A DNA stretch of 64,000 bases from assembly GCA_965228735.1 (NCBI GenBank), contig OZ245838.1, forward strand, positions 5,824,001-5,888,000. Direction: 5' to 3'. A model generated the notes under the pieces. That model did not search any database, was not told the DNA's origin, and saw only the letters and a program-made list of their open reading frames with translations. Positions 20,158 through 29,101 of this stretch are shown one piece after another; the first letter of the stretch is position 1, and every line of letters starts with the position of its first letter. A program made the position numbers and the translations under genes. The DNA comes from Planctomycetota bacterium (GTDB lineage Bacteria; Planctomycetota; UBA1135; UBA2386).

Positions 20158-21303
20158 TCAGGCGCTCGCCTCGTCCTCGTCGTCGTAGAGCCCGAGCGCG
20201 TCGTTGAGCACGGCGGCGATCCACTTCAGCTCCTGCTCGTCGCGGCCCGTCCACAGCCCGAGGCGTTCGTCGCCGGCGTGGATCGCGAGCTGCGGCACGG
20301 GCGAGTTGTTGACCCGCATCGTGCTCGCCTCGACGTCGATGAGATCGATATCGCCGGCCTTCCACTCGTGCGTCTTGGTGCCGAACAGGTTGGTCCGCTT
20401 GATCGCGAGCTTGTCGTGGATCACGCCGATGAGGGCGCGCCGGCGTCCCATGTTGATCGCGATGGTCAGCACGACGCCGCCGACGAGCCAGAACGGGATC
20501 AGGATGAGCAGCGCGAGCCAGCCGTCGCCGTCCTCGCCGATCGCGTCGGCGCCGAGCAGGCCGATCGTCATGAGCGCGATGAAGACCGTCCAGACGGTGC
20601 CGAAGATGAACAGACCCTTCGAGCCGCGCACGAGGCCGGCCGGCGGCAGCGTGAGCATCAGGCCGACATCGTTGCGTTCGAGGACCGCCTTGCTGCTGCG
20701 CGGTTGTTCGACGAGCGCTCGCTTGATCCGGCGGCGCCGCGTCTGCTTCGGCGCCTCGACCTCGATCGGGGTGTCCTCGGTGTCGAGGCCGAGATACGGG
20801 GCGAAGTCGCGCGCCGCTTCCTCGAGCACTTCGACTCTGTGCGCGAGCGCCAGGTAGAAGTCCTTGCCGGACTCGAACTCGCCGACGAGGTGGCCGAAGC
20901 CGTGCAGCGGTCGATTGTTCGACTCCATCTGCGCTTCGAGGACGCGCAGTCGCTTCAGGCCTTGTAGCGGGCGCTTGCGGGTCCACCAGAACGGGCCGCC
21001 ACGTTCGCGCGCGTAGATGATGCCGTGATCCACGCGGATCTCGCTGCGGCCGAACTTCGCGAAGCAGCCGAAGACCATGAGCATCGCGCCGACGAGCGAG
21101 AAGCCGACGGACATGAACATGTCGAACGAATCGAACACGAGCACGGCCGTCCACGGTCCCGCGATCGCGAGGAAGCCGAACCCGAGGAACATGCCGCCGA
21201 CGAACCCGAGGCCGGGGACGTTGCGTTTCGGCATCACCATCGTCGCGCCGTCCCCGAGCGGCGCCGGTGTGACGCCGGGTCCGCCCATCGTGCCAGTAGC
21301 CAT
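20158..21303 (-). CDS. Hypothetical membrane protein with two internally repeated TM-hairpin/PH-like modules
   Basis: Two units, each with 2 TM helices followed by a beta-rich segment; start uncertain. Confidence 0.65.
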   Translation of the reverse strand: MATGTMGGPGVTPAPLGDGATMVMPKRNVPGLGFVGGMFLGFGFLAIAGPWTAVLVFDSFDMFMSVGFSLVGAMLMVFGCFAKFGRSEIRVDHGIIYARERGGPFWWTRKRPLQGLKRLRVLEAQMESNNRPLHGFGHLVGEFESGKDFYLALAHRVEVLEEAARDFAPYLGLDTEDTPIEVEAPKQTRRRRIKRALVEQPRSSKAVLERNDVGLMLTLPPAGLVRGSKGLFIFGTVWTVFIALMTIGLLGADAIGEDGDGWLALLILIPFWLVGGVVLTIAINMGRRRALIGVIHDKLAIKRTNLFGTKTHEWKAGDIDLIDVEASTMRVNNSPVPQLAIHAGDERLGLWTGRDEQELKWIAAVLNDALGLYDDEDEASA

Positions 21304-21369
21304 GATCCGATCGAACCCGCGGGCCGCGGTCGCGGCAACTCGCCCGTGAGGTTTCTCTCGCGGCGACCT

Positions 21370-21930
21370 ATGCTGGCTTCGCCGATGACTCCGACCGCCC
21401 GACTCTCTCTGGCAGCTCTCGCGCTGACCGCGCTGTGCGCCGGCTGCGCGACGACCGACCCCGAGTTGCCCGTCAACGCGATCGCGCACGAGGCGATCAC
21501 GCCGCTCGCGTTCCTCTCCGGGCGCTGGCTCAGCGTCAACTCGAACGACACCGTCAACGAGGAGCACTGGATGCCGCCGCGCGGGCGATTCCTGCTCGGC
21601 ACGTTTCGGCAGATCCGGCTCGACGGCAAGTGCGCATTCGTCGAGCTGAGCCAGATCTCGCTCGCTGACGACGGTGAGATCGTGCTGCGGCTGCGGCACC
21701 TCCATCGGAACCTCGAGGTGCCCGAGAAGCGCAAGGATGCGAACGTGTTCCGCCTCGTCGCGCTCACCGCCGATCGCGTTGAGTTCGTGGGCACGGGCGA
21801 CGCCGAGGGCGTCAGCAGCGTCGTCTACGAACGGCGAGGGGCCGATGAACTCGTCCAGACGATCTCGTTCGACCCGCAGAAGTCGAAGGAGAAGCCGTTC
21901 GTGTCCGTGTATCGCCGCGCGGGCGACTGA
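21370..21930 (+). CDS. DUF6265-like lipoprotein
   Basis: Lipobox CAGC; LAFLSGRW…EEHW.PP.G…LRLRH pattern; start 21370 or 21385. Confidence 0.7.
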   Translation: MLASPMTPTARLSLAALALTALCAGCATTDPELPVNAIAHEAITPLAFLSGRWLSVNSNDTVNEEHWMPPRGRFLLGTFRQIRLDGKCAFVELSQISLADDGEIVLRLRHLHRNLEVPEKRKDANVFRLVALTADRVEFVGTGDAEGVSSVVYERRGADELVQTISFDPQKSKEKPFVSVYRRAGD

Positions 21931-21980
21931 CCGGGCAACGCACGGTTGCAAACTGGCGGGAGGCGCGCAGACTCAGCGGC

Positions 21981-22559
21981 GTGGCCCATAGCTATGCGTA
22001 TCCGCGGCCCGCGGTCACGGTCGACACGGTGCTCGCGACGGTCGGCGATCGGGGCGATCTGCGGGTCCTGCTCATCGAACGAGCGCGGCCGCCGTTCGCC
22101 GGCTCCTGGGCGCTGCCCGGTGGGTTCGTCGATCAGCACGAGGATCTCGAGGTCGCAGCGAGGCGCGAGATGCTCGAGGAGACGCATCTGCAGCTCGGTC
22201 CGATGGTGCAGCTCGGAGCCTATGGCACGCCGCACCGCGATCCGCGCGGTCACACCGTCGGGGTCGCGTACCTGGCGCTCTGCGGGCCGGGCGATGCCCG
22301 AGGTCAGGCGGGTGACGATGCCGCGGACTGCCGGTGGTTCGGCCTGCGGCGACCGCCGAAGCTCGCGTTCGATCACGGGTTGATCCTGCGCGACGCGCGC
22401 GCCGAGTTCGTGCGGCTCGCGGCGGACGAGGACGGGTTTCGGAAGACGTTCTGTGGGCGGCGGCGGCCGCAGTGGCTCGCCGACGTGCGGCAGGCGGCGC
22501 TCGCGCTCGGGCCCGCCGGCGAGCCGAAGCGAGTTCGGAAGAGGAGGCAGAGCCGATGA
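21981..22559 (+). CDS. NUDIX hydrolase (ADP-ribose pyrophosphatase-like)
   Basis: WALPGGFV…EDLEVAARREMLEET Nudix box; RDPR, AGDDA and LAFDH motifs. Confidence 0.9.
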   Translation: MAHSYAYPRPAVTVDTVLATVGDRGDLRVLLIERARPPFAGSWALPGGFVDQHEDLEVAARREMLEETHLQLGPMVQLGAYGTPHRDPRGHTVGVAYLALCGPGDARGQAGDDAADCRWFGLRRPPKLAFDHGLILRDARAEFVRLAADEDGFRKTFCGRRRPQWLADVRQAALALGPAGEPKRVRKRRQSR

Positions 22560-23632
22560 CAGCAGCCGTGTCGACGTCCGATCGGGCCCGCGCCGACATC
22601 GACTTCGAAGCCGCCATGCACGAGGTCGAGAACAACCTCGAGGTGCGGCGGCTCATGGTCGTCCTGAGCAACGTGCTCACGCCCGCGTGCGTGATGGCGG
22701 TGACCGACGCGATGTCCGGGGCCGACCCGACGCCCGCGCTCGCGTGGCTGCCGCCGCTCGTGCTGCCGATCTGCGGCGGGCTGCTGCTCGCTGGCGGTGT
22801 GCTCGTGACCGGCGTCGTCGCGCGTTGTCACTTCGGACTCGTCATCAACGGCACCAAGATGCGCAAGGTCGAGACCGGCAGGCTCGATCTGCAGGCGCTC
22901 AACTGGCTCGGCGTCGCGACCAACTTCCTCGCGCTCACCGCGTTGTCGGCCGCGCTCGGGGCGGTCAGCCTCGTCGCGGGCCTCGGCGTGGTCGACTGGT
23001 GGTGGCCCTGGGCCGCGGGCGCTGCGACGTTCGCGTTGCTCATGCTCTGGCTGCCCGTGACGCACGTGCGGGCCAATCGTCGGTGCCGGCAACTCGACGC
23101 GGATTGGCAGCACGGCACCCCGTCGCGCCAGCTCGGCATCGAGCACGCGCGCAAGTCGCTCGACAGCACGACCGCGGACATCGCCGTCATCGTCGTCATG
23201 GCGGTCGCGCTGTTCGTCGGGGTCTTCAACGCGCTGACCAACGTCGGCGCCGTTCCCGATGACCTCGGCGTCGAGCCCTCGCCGGCGGCGATCAAGTCGC
23301 TGGCGCCCGTGGTGCTGCTCACGTTCGTGCTCGTTTCGCTGCTGTTGTCGAGCCGGATCCTCGTGCGCCTGCGCATCGCGTTCGGGCACCACGCGGCTCG
23401 CCTCGCGAAGCTGCGGGAGGAACAGGATCCGACGGCGCTCGTGTTCCGCCTGCCGGAGCGCACCTATCTGCTCTACCTCATCGTGCTCGCGCTCGCGGTC
23501 GCCACGGCGATCATGCTCGGCTGGGAACGTGGCGGTCGCACGATCGGCCTCTCGGCGGGCGGCGTGATGCTCGTCGCGGGTGCCGTCTGGTATCCGATGG
23601 TCCTGCGCGGCGCGCGGCGCGCTAGTCTGTGA
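22556..23632 (+). CDS. Multi-pass membrane protein of unknown function
   Basis: About 8 hydrophobic helices; ATGA overlap with the NUDIX gene. Confidence 0.7.
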   Translation: MTAAVSTSDRARADIDFEAAMHEVENNLEVRRLMVVLSNVLTPACVMAVTDAMSGADPTPALAWLPPLVLPICGGLLLAGGVLVTGVVARCHFGLVINGTKMRKVETGRLDLQALNWLGVATNFLALTALSAALGAVSLVAGLGVVDWWWPWAAGAATFALLMLWLPVTHVRANRRCRQLDADWQHGTPSRQLGIEHARKSLDSTTADIAVIVVMAVALFVGVFNALTNVGAVPDDLGVEPSPAAIKSLAPVVLLTFVLVSLLLSSRILVRLRIAFGHHAARLAKLREEQDPTALVFRLPERTYLLYLIVLALAVATAIMLGWERGGRTIGLSAGGVMLVAGAVWYPMVLRGARRASL

Positions 23633-24066
23633 TGGTGCTACAGCCCTTTCATCTGGCGTTCCCGGTCACCGATCTCGCGGCGGCGCGGTCGTTCTATGGC
23701 GAATTGCTCGGCTGTCCCGAAGGGCGGTCGAGTGCCGGCTGGGTCGACTTCGACCTCTTCGGCCACCAGATCGTCGCGCATCGCGTCAGCGAAGCCGCGT
23801 TGCCGCGCCGCGAGCGCAACCCCGTCGACGGCGAGCAGGTGCCCGTGCCGCACTTCGGCGTCGTGCTCGCATGGGAGCAGTGGGAAGAACTCGCGACGCG
23901 GTTGCGCGAGCGCGCCGTGGACTTCGTGATCGAGCCAACGGTGCGGTTCGCCGGCCAGCACGGCGAGCAGGCGACGATGTTCTTCCTCGACCCGTTCGGC
24001 AACGCGCTCGAGTTCAAGGCCATGCGGCACCCCGAGCAACTGTTCGAGCCGACCCCAGGCCCTTAG
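23629..24066 (+). CDS. VOC/glyoxalase family protein
   Basis: [10 protein letters not shown]…FYG.LLGC.EGRS…HFGV…[18 protein letters not shown]. Confidence 0.9.
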   Translation: MMVLQPFHLAFPVTDLAAARSFYGELLGCPEGRSSAGWVDFDLFGHQIVAHRVSEAALPRRERNPVDGEQVPVPHFGVVLAWEQWEELATRLRERAVDFVIEPTVRFAGQHGEQATMFFLDPFGNALEFKAMRHPEQLFEPTPGP

Positions 24067-24548
24067 GCGGGGCCGACGAGCGCGACCGCGGTCGCGCGCA
24101 ACGATTCCCCGCGACCGATCGGGCCGACCTTCTCGCCGGTCTTGCCCTTGATGTTCACCCGGTCGACGTCGGCGCCGAACAGCTCGGCGATGCGCTCGCG
24201 CATCACGACGCGGTGGCGCTGCAGCTTCGGCACGTTCGTCTCGAGCACGACGTCGATCGACCAGACGCACAGTCGCAGGGCCCGAACGCGCTGCATCGCC
24301 GCCGCGCAGAAGTCCGAGCTCGCCCGGTCCTTGTTCTCCTCGGCCTGATCCGAGAACAGGCTGCCGAGATCATCGAGCCCGCACGCGCCGAGCACGGCGT
24401 CCGTCACCGCGTGCAGCACCGCGTCGCCGTCGCTGTGCCCGACGGGCCCGACGGGCGAGTCGATCTCGACGCCACCGAGCACGCACCGGCGCCCTTCCTC
24501 GAGCCGATGCACGTCGATCCCGAGACCGATGCGAGGATGATCATTCAT
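24063..24548 (-). CDS. ispF: 2-C-methyl-D-erythritol 2,4-cyclodiphosphate synthase
   Basis: [24 protein letters not shown] and VNIKGKTGE motifs. Confidence 0.93.
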   Translation of the reverse strand: MNDHPRIGLGIDVHRLEEGRRCVLGGVEIDSPVGPVGHSDGDAVLHAVTDAVLGACGLDDLGSLFSDQAEENKDRASSDFCAAAMQRVRALRLCVWSIDVVLETNVPKLQRHRVVMRERIAELFGADVDRVNIKGKTGEKVGPIGRGESLRATAVALVGPA

Positions 24549-24610
24549 GCCGCCAGCGTAGACCGTGGCCGTACCGAACCCGTTTCAAATCCGCCACGCC
24601 CCTGGCGCGG

Positions 24611-24762
24611 CGCTACCGTACGGAACCAGGTTCATGCTGCCGGCCGCAGGTGAGGTTCACGCTACCGTACGGAACCAGGTTCATGCTGCCGGCCGCAGGT
24701 GCGCTGCCTTGCGGGCGGCGTTCCGGCGGCCGGCAGCATGAACCTGGTTCCGTACGGTAGCG
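24611..24762. repeat. REP/BIME-like cluster: two direct 42-bp copies plus one inverted 37-bp copy
   Basis: cgctaccgtacggaaccaggttcatgctgccggccgcaggtg at 24611-24652 and 24660-24701; reverse-complement copy at 24726-24762. Confidence 0.85.
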
Positions 24763-24787
24763 CAGGATGAACCGCGTACCGTATCGG

Positions 24788-25501
24788 TCAGTCGGTCAGG
24801 CCGGCGGCCAGGATCGCGGCGGCCAGGGGGAGGTCTTCGGGGCGCGTGATCTTGAGGTTGGTGGGGCGGCCGGGGACGACGGCGACGGGTTCGCCGAGGT
24901 GTTCGACGAGGCTGACGTCGTCGGTGCCCGAGAACTGCGTCGCGCGCGCGTGGTCGAACGCGCGGTGCAGCAGGTCGCGGCGCACGATCTGCGGGGTCTG
25001 GGCCTGCCAGATTCCGGCCCGGTCGACGGTCTGCAGGATCATGTCGTCGTCGACCTTCTTGAGCGTGTCCGCGGCCGGCACGGCGAGCAGCGCGGCGCCG
25101 GTCGCGCGGGCGGCGTCGATGCATTCGCGCGTCGCGGCGATCGGCAGCAGCGCGCGCGCCGCGTCGTGGATGAGAACGAGTTCCTCCGCGGCCGGGGGGC
25201 CATCGTCGGCCAGCGCCGCGAGGCCGTTCTGCATCGACGCCTGCCGCGAGTCACCGCCGATCGCGAAGCGCACGTCGCCGAGCGCGGTCAGGCGATCGCG
25301 CCACGGGGCGATGAGTTCGTCGTCGGTCGCACCGGTCACGATCACGAGCCGATTGCCGGCGCGAAAGTCGGTCGCGCGCGCGAGGCGTTCGGCCGAGTGC
25401 AGCAGCAGCGGCTTGTCCTCGAGCTGCAGATACGCCTTGGGCACCGGGCCGCCGAAGCGCGTTCCGCGTCCGGCGGCGAGCAGCAAACACGCGACCTTCA
25501 C
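24788..25501 (-). CDS. ispD: 2-C-methyl-D-erythritol 4-phosphate cytidylyltransferase
   Basis: LLAAGRGTRFG, GGDSRQAS, LIHDAAR, QTPQ, TDD and NLKITRPEDL motifs; start GTG 25501 (or 25513). Confidence 0.93.
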   Translation of the reverse strand: MKVACLLLAAGRGTRFGGPVPKAYLQLEDKPLLLHSAERLARATDFRAGNRLVIVTGATDDELIAPWRDRLTALGDVRFAIGGDSRQASMQNGLAALADDGPPAAEELVLIHDAARALLPIAATRECIDAARATGAALLAVPAADTLKKVDDDMILQTVDRAGIWQAQTPQIVRRDLLHRAFDHARATQFSGTDDVSLVEHLGEPVAVVPGRPTNLKITRPEDLPLAAAILAAGLTD

Positions 25502-25526
25502 GGCGCGAGACACTACACTCCGGCGC

Positions 25527-26117
25527 GTGGCGGTGGTGCGGATTCTGGGTATCGACCCGGGGACTACGTGTGTGGGCTACGCGTGTCTCGAGATCGCGCT
25601 GGCCTCGCCGCGGGCAGCCGGCGCAGCACCCCTCGCCCTGCGCGCGAGCAACGTGCGCGCGGCCGACACCAGTAGCGGCGATGCGCGCGTCGTGGATTGC
25701 GGCGTCCTGCGCCTCGGCGCCCGCGGCACGCCGTTGACGGATCGGCTGTTTGCACTCGACCGCGAGTTCGCACGGCTCGTCGACGCGCACGGTCCCGACG
25801 AGGTCGCCCTGGAAGAGGCGTTCTACGGCAAGAGCGTGCAGGCGGCGCTGCGCATCGGCGAGGCGCGCGGCGTGATCCTGGCCGGGGCGGCGCGCGCGGC
25901 GATGACCGTGCATCAGTTCGCGCCCGCCCGGATCAAGCGCTGCGTCACGGGGCGCGGGAACGCGACCAAGGAGGTCGTGGCCGCGATGGTCTCGCGGCTC
26001 GTCCGCTTGCCGTCCGATGTGGCCGAACTGCCGCGCGACGCGACCGACGCGGTCGGGATCGCGCTCACGCGGATCGAGCAGCGTCGGTCGCCGCTGCTCG
26101 GCTCCGACGCGGGCTGA
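25527..26117 (+). CDS. ruvC: Holliday junction resolvase RuvC
   Basis: RILGIDPG, ALEEAFYGK, GEARGV, IKR.VTG.GNATK and DATDA motifs; start GTG 25527 or 25536. Confidence 0.92.
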   Translation: MAVVRILGIDPGTTCVGYACLEIALASPRAAGAAPLALRASNVRAADTSSGDARVVDCGVLRLGARGTPLTDRLFALDREFARLVDAHGPDEVALEEAFYGKSVQAALRIGEARGVILAGAARAAMTVHQFAPARIKRCVTGRGNATKEVVAAMVSRLVRLPSDVAELPRDATDAVGIALTRIEQRRSPLLGSDAG

Positions 26118-26120
26118 AGC

Positions 26121-26160
26121 CGGCGTTTCGATCGCGCCGTAGCCCGGGCGCGAAACGCCG
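26121..26160 (+). terminator. GC-rich hairpin downstream of ruvC
   Basis: cggcgtttcg (26121-26130) and cgaaacgccg (26151-26160) are perfect inverted arms; no U-tract. Confidence 0.4.
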
Positions 26161-26171
26161 CGGCGCGCCCG

Positions 26172-26200
26172 TTGCAACTCGTCATGCGGTGAGCCATAAT
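26172..26200 (+). promoter_or_regulatory. Sigma70-type promoter for the 26336-31064 gene run
   Basis: TTGCAA-N17-CATAAT in a locally AT-richer intergenic stretch. Confidence 0.6.
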
Positions 26201-26335
26201 CCGCCAGCGGTTAGTGAGGATCGTTCCTGATATCGTGGAACGGCGGCAACGTCTGGCTCCGCCCAGACCGCCCGCCCGGTCCGGCGCTCAGCGTGAGCGC
26301 CGCGGGGGATCCTCTCACCCTATGGAGGAACGGGC

Positions 26336-27628
26336 ATGATTCGCCGTTCGGTGTTGCCCGATTCTCGCGATCGGCTCTGGCCGGTCTTCGCCGCCCGACT
26401 CGACGCGATCGAACACGGCCTCACGCTGGTGCTCGAAGGGCTCGATTGTTCCAGCGGCCAGCACGGCGTCGCCGACGGCCTCGCGCGCGACGGCGCCGGC
26501 GCGCCCGTGCTCGTGCTCGTCGCGACGCCCGGCGATTCGCTGCTCTTGCCGCGCGTCGTGTCCGCCGCGGAGTTCCTCGGCCGCGTCGGCGACGCGCTCG
26601 TCACGGCGGTGCCCGAGGGCAACTTCTGCCGCGGCACGCTGGCGCGGGTTCTCGTCGTCGGGACCGATGCCGCGACGACGGCGCTGCACGCGCTCGTCGC
26701 GCTCGGCCTGCCGCGCGTCGAGGTCTGTCGGCTCGAGCCGTTCCGGCTGGCCGGGACCGAGCGCTTCGCGATCACGTGGTTGACCGGGGACGGGGCCACG
26801 GCAGTTCGCAGCGGCGAGGTTGCCGCGTCCGGCGAGACCGCCGGCTCGCGCGCCCGCGCTGCCGGCGAACGGGCATCTGGCCAACCGCGATCGTCGACCA
26901 CATCGGTCGAAGGCGAACGCTTCGAGGCTTCGCTTCGCGCCGATCAACGCGCGTTGTGGCAGGTGCTCGTGAAGATCTGCGAGCGCCTCGACGACGGCGT
27001 CTGCATCGAGCGCGACGGTCTGCTCCGGCGCATCACGTGGCAGGGCCGGCTCCTCGGCCGCGTTGCGAGCCTCGACAGCACGCTGCGGGCGACCGCGGCC
27101 GACGGCACCGAACACACCGTTCTGTCCAAGGGCGACGTCCGCGCGTTCGCCGACCGGCTCATGCGGCGTTACGCCGAGCTCGCCGGTCTGTGCGCGGCCG
27201 TCGACACCGCGTCGACCTCGGCGGCCGCTCGGTCTGCCGACGCTCGCTCTTCGAGTGCTGGGTCTTCGAGTGCTGGGTCTTCGAATGCTGCGGCGATCGG
27301 CGCGCAGGCGTCGCCGGGCCATTCGGCAGGCGATCACGGCGCCACCAAGGGCGCTGCGGTCGTGGCGACCGACCCGCAGGCAGAACTTCTCGCCGCTTCC
27401 CCGACTGATCCCATCTCGCACCCCGAACGCGCGATCCGAGCTGCCGGCGACGCTGGCCGCCCGGGTGACGACAACGGGCGGGATCGACTTCGATCGTCCG
27501 AGCGCAGCACCCTGCGCGCGGCGGTCTCCGAGGCCCTGCTCTCCCCCGAGGAGTTCGCGGCCTTGGCCGAACCTCAGCAAACCGCTGACCCCCAGACGGG
27601 AGCCCCGCCGCCGCAGCCGCCCGACTGA
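26336..27628 (+). CDS. Hypothetical protein: degenerate NucS/PD-(D/E)xK-like N-terminal domain, DUF5655-like domain and low-complexity tail
   Basis: GGAGG RBS; IEHGLTLV…ADGLARDGAGAPVLVLV; second domain LWQVLVKICERLDDGV. Confidence 0.6.
   Translation: MIRRSVLPDSRDRLWPVFAARLDAIEHGLTLVLEGLDCSSGQHGVADGLARDGAGAPVLVLVATPGDSLLLPRVVSAAEFLGRVGDALVTAVPEGNFCRGTLARVLVVGTDAATTALHALVALGLPRVEVCRLEPFRLAGTERFAITWLTGDGATAVRSGEVAASGETAGSRARAAGERASGQPRSSTTSVEGERFEASLRADQRALWQVLVKICERLDDGVCIERDGLLRRITWQGRLLGRVASLDSTLRATAADGTEHTVLSKGDVRAFADRLMRRYAELAGLCAAVDTASTSAAARSADARSSSAGSSSAGSSNAAAIGAQASPGHSAGDHGATKGAAVVATDPQAELLAASPTDPISHPERAIRAAGDAGRPGDDNGRDRLRSSERSTLRAAVSEALLSPEEFAALAEPQQTADPQTGAPPPQPPD
27248..27292 (+). 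repeat. 15-bp tandem repeat x3 inside a CDS (SSSAG units)
   Basis: tcttcgagtgctggg x2 followed by tcttcgaatgctgcg. Confidence 0.85.
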
Positions 27629-27663
27629 CGCGACTGCGCGGCGCGGCTGGTGCAACCTGCGAG

Positions 27664-28575
27664 GTGCACGTGGAACGCAACTGGCACGCCGGCAACCCCC
27701 GACGCGGACTCCTCCATCGGCTCTTTCGACGCGGTGGCGGCCGGGTCCCGCAGCCGCATCGCGAAGCCTCGGTGCTCACGTTCGCGAGCGGCAAGGGCGG
27801 CACGGGCAAGACCTTCTTGTCCACGAGCGTCGCGATCGCGGCCCATCGGCAGGGTCGCCGTGTCGTCGTCGTCGACTGTGACTTCGGGCTCGCGAACGCG
27901 CACCTGCTGTTCGGCGTGCAACCGACCTGCACGCTCAAGAACGTGCTCGACGGCGGCGCGTCCATCGACTGCGCGCTGACGCCGACGCCGTATGGCCCGC
28001 ATCTGCTCGCGGGCGGCTCCGGCATCGCCAGCATGTGCGAGCTCGATCCCGAGCACATGGTCATCGTCGCGCGCGCGATGGATTGGCTCGTGCGCAACTT
28101 CGATCTCGTGATCGTCGACTCGCCCGCGGGACTGTCGCCGCAGGCGCTCGTGATGGCCCTCGCGGCGACCCACGTCGTCGTCGTGACCAATCCGGAGATC
28201 GCGGCGCTCACCGATGCGTACGCGCTGATCAAGTGCCTCTCGAAACAGCCGCGCTGCCCGAGCATGCACGTCGCGGTGAATCGCGTTCTCGAGCCGGGCC
28301 TCGGCACGATGACGTTCGATCGATTGGCGGAAGTTGCCCGGCGGTTCTCGGGGTGCTCGCTGCACTACGTGGGGGAGGTCCCCGACGACCCGGCCGTGAC
28401 GCATCGGCGGCTCGGTCAGGAACCGTTGCTCGTCTCGCATCCCGAATGCCTCACATCCCGCGCGATCGACGCGATGCTCGACGCCATGACGGCGCAGATG
28501 AGCGGCCTCGCGGCGGCGATGGTCACGGGCGACGGCGTGGACGAGCGGATGACGAGCCAGCTGGCGCGCTGGTAG
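27664..28575 (+). CDS. FlhG/FleN-like MinD/ParA-family ATPase
   Basis: FASGKGGTGKT deviant Walker A; VDCDFGLAN, LAGGSG, DSPAGLS and TNPEIAALTDAYALIK motifs. Confidence 0.88.
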   Translation: MHVERNWHAGNPRRGLLHRLFRRGGGRVPQPHREASVLTFASGKGGTGKTFLSTSVAIAAHRQGRRVVVVDCDFGLANAHLLFGVQPTCTLKNVLDGGASIDCALTPTPYGPHLLAGGSGIASMCELDPEHMVIVARAMDWLVRNFDLVIVDSPAGLSPQALVMALAATHVVVVTNPEIAALTDAYALIKCLSKQPRCPSMHVAVNRVLEPGLGTMTFDRLAEVARRFSGCSLHYVGEVPDDPAVTHRRLGQEPLLVSHPECLTSRAIDAMLDAMTAQMSGLAAAMVTGDGVDERMTSQLARW

Positions 28576-28621
28576 CGGGTGACGGCGGGGTCGCCGGGGG
28601 CGACGACCACGGGGTCGCTGC

Positions 28622-28657
28622 CACGGGGAACGACACGGGGAACGACACGGGGAGCGA
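28622..28657 (+). repeat. 12-bp tandem repeat x3
   Basis: cacggggaacga x2 followed by cacggggagcga. Confidence 0.8.
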
Positions 28658-28658
28658 C

Positions 28659-28997
28659 GTGGGGGGCGTCGGTGCCGGGCTGGTCGGGCGCCGCGGGCTG
28701 CTGTTCCGGATCTGGATGGTCGTGACGCTCGGGCTGCTCGTCCGCGCCTTCGCCGGTGGTGTGCTCGGCGCGGATCCGGCGCGCCGCCTCGCGGTCGTCG
28801 AGATCAAGATCGACCTCAACGGCGCCGACCTGTTCGAGTTGCAGGCGTTGCCCGGGGTCGGTCGGACCCGGGCCGAGGCGATCATCCTCCACCGCATCCG
28901 GCACGGGCCGTTCCGGGCGCTCGCTGACCTCGATGCCGTGGACGGCTTCGGGGCGGCGAGCGTCGCGCGCCTCCGGGGGCTTACGGTGCCGCCATGA
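28659..28997 (+). CDS. comEA: ComEA-like helix-hairpin-helix DNA-binding protein
   Basis: TM segment then IDLNGA…LQALPGVG…AEAII..R…GPF….DL..V.GFG; start uncertain (28659 or 28716). Confidence 0.75.
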   Translation: MGGVGAGLVGRRGLLFRIWMVVTLGLLVRAFAGGVLGADPARRLAVVEIKIDLNGADLFELQALPGVGRTRAEAIILHRIRHGPFRALADLDAVDGFGAASVARLRGLTVPP

Positions 28998-29101
28998 TCG
29001 GGTGCGGCGGTGTGCCGGCAACGGCTGGGGCAGGCCTTTGGCGGGTCGTCGCGCAGACTCCTATGCGCCGATGCCGGTTCGGGTTAGGCTCTCCCGCCAG
29101 C

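Noticed and set aside
21981..22559. NrtR regulator of the nearby nadC
   Set aside because: The Nudix domain is NrtR-like but no C-terminal winged-HTH is recognisable, and it lies 6.5 kb from nadC
24611..24762. Possible CRISPR array
   Set aside because: Only two direct copies separated by 7 nt, the third is inverted, there are no unique spacers and no cas genes
25527..26117. RuvC-like nuclease of a TnpB/Cas or transposon system
   Set aside because: Size and motifs match the stand-alone cellular RuvC resolvase; no mobile-element context
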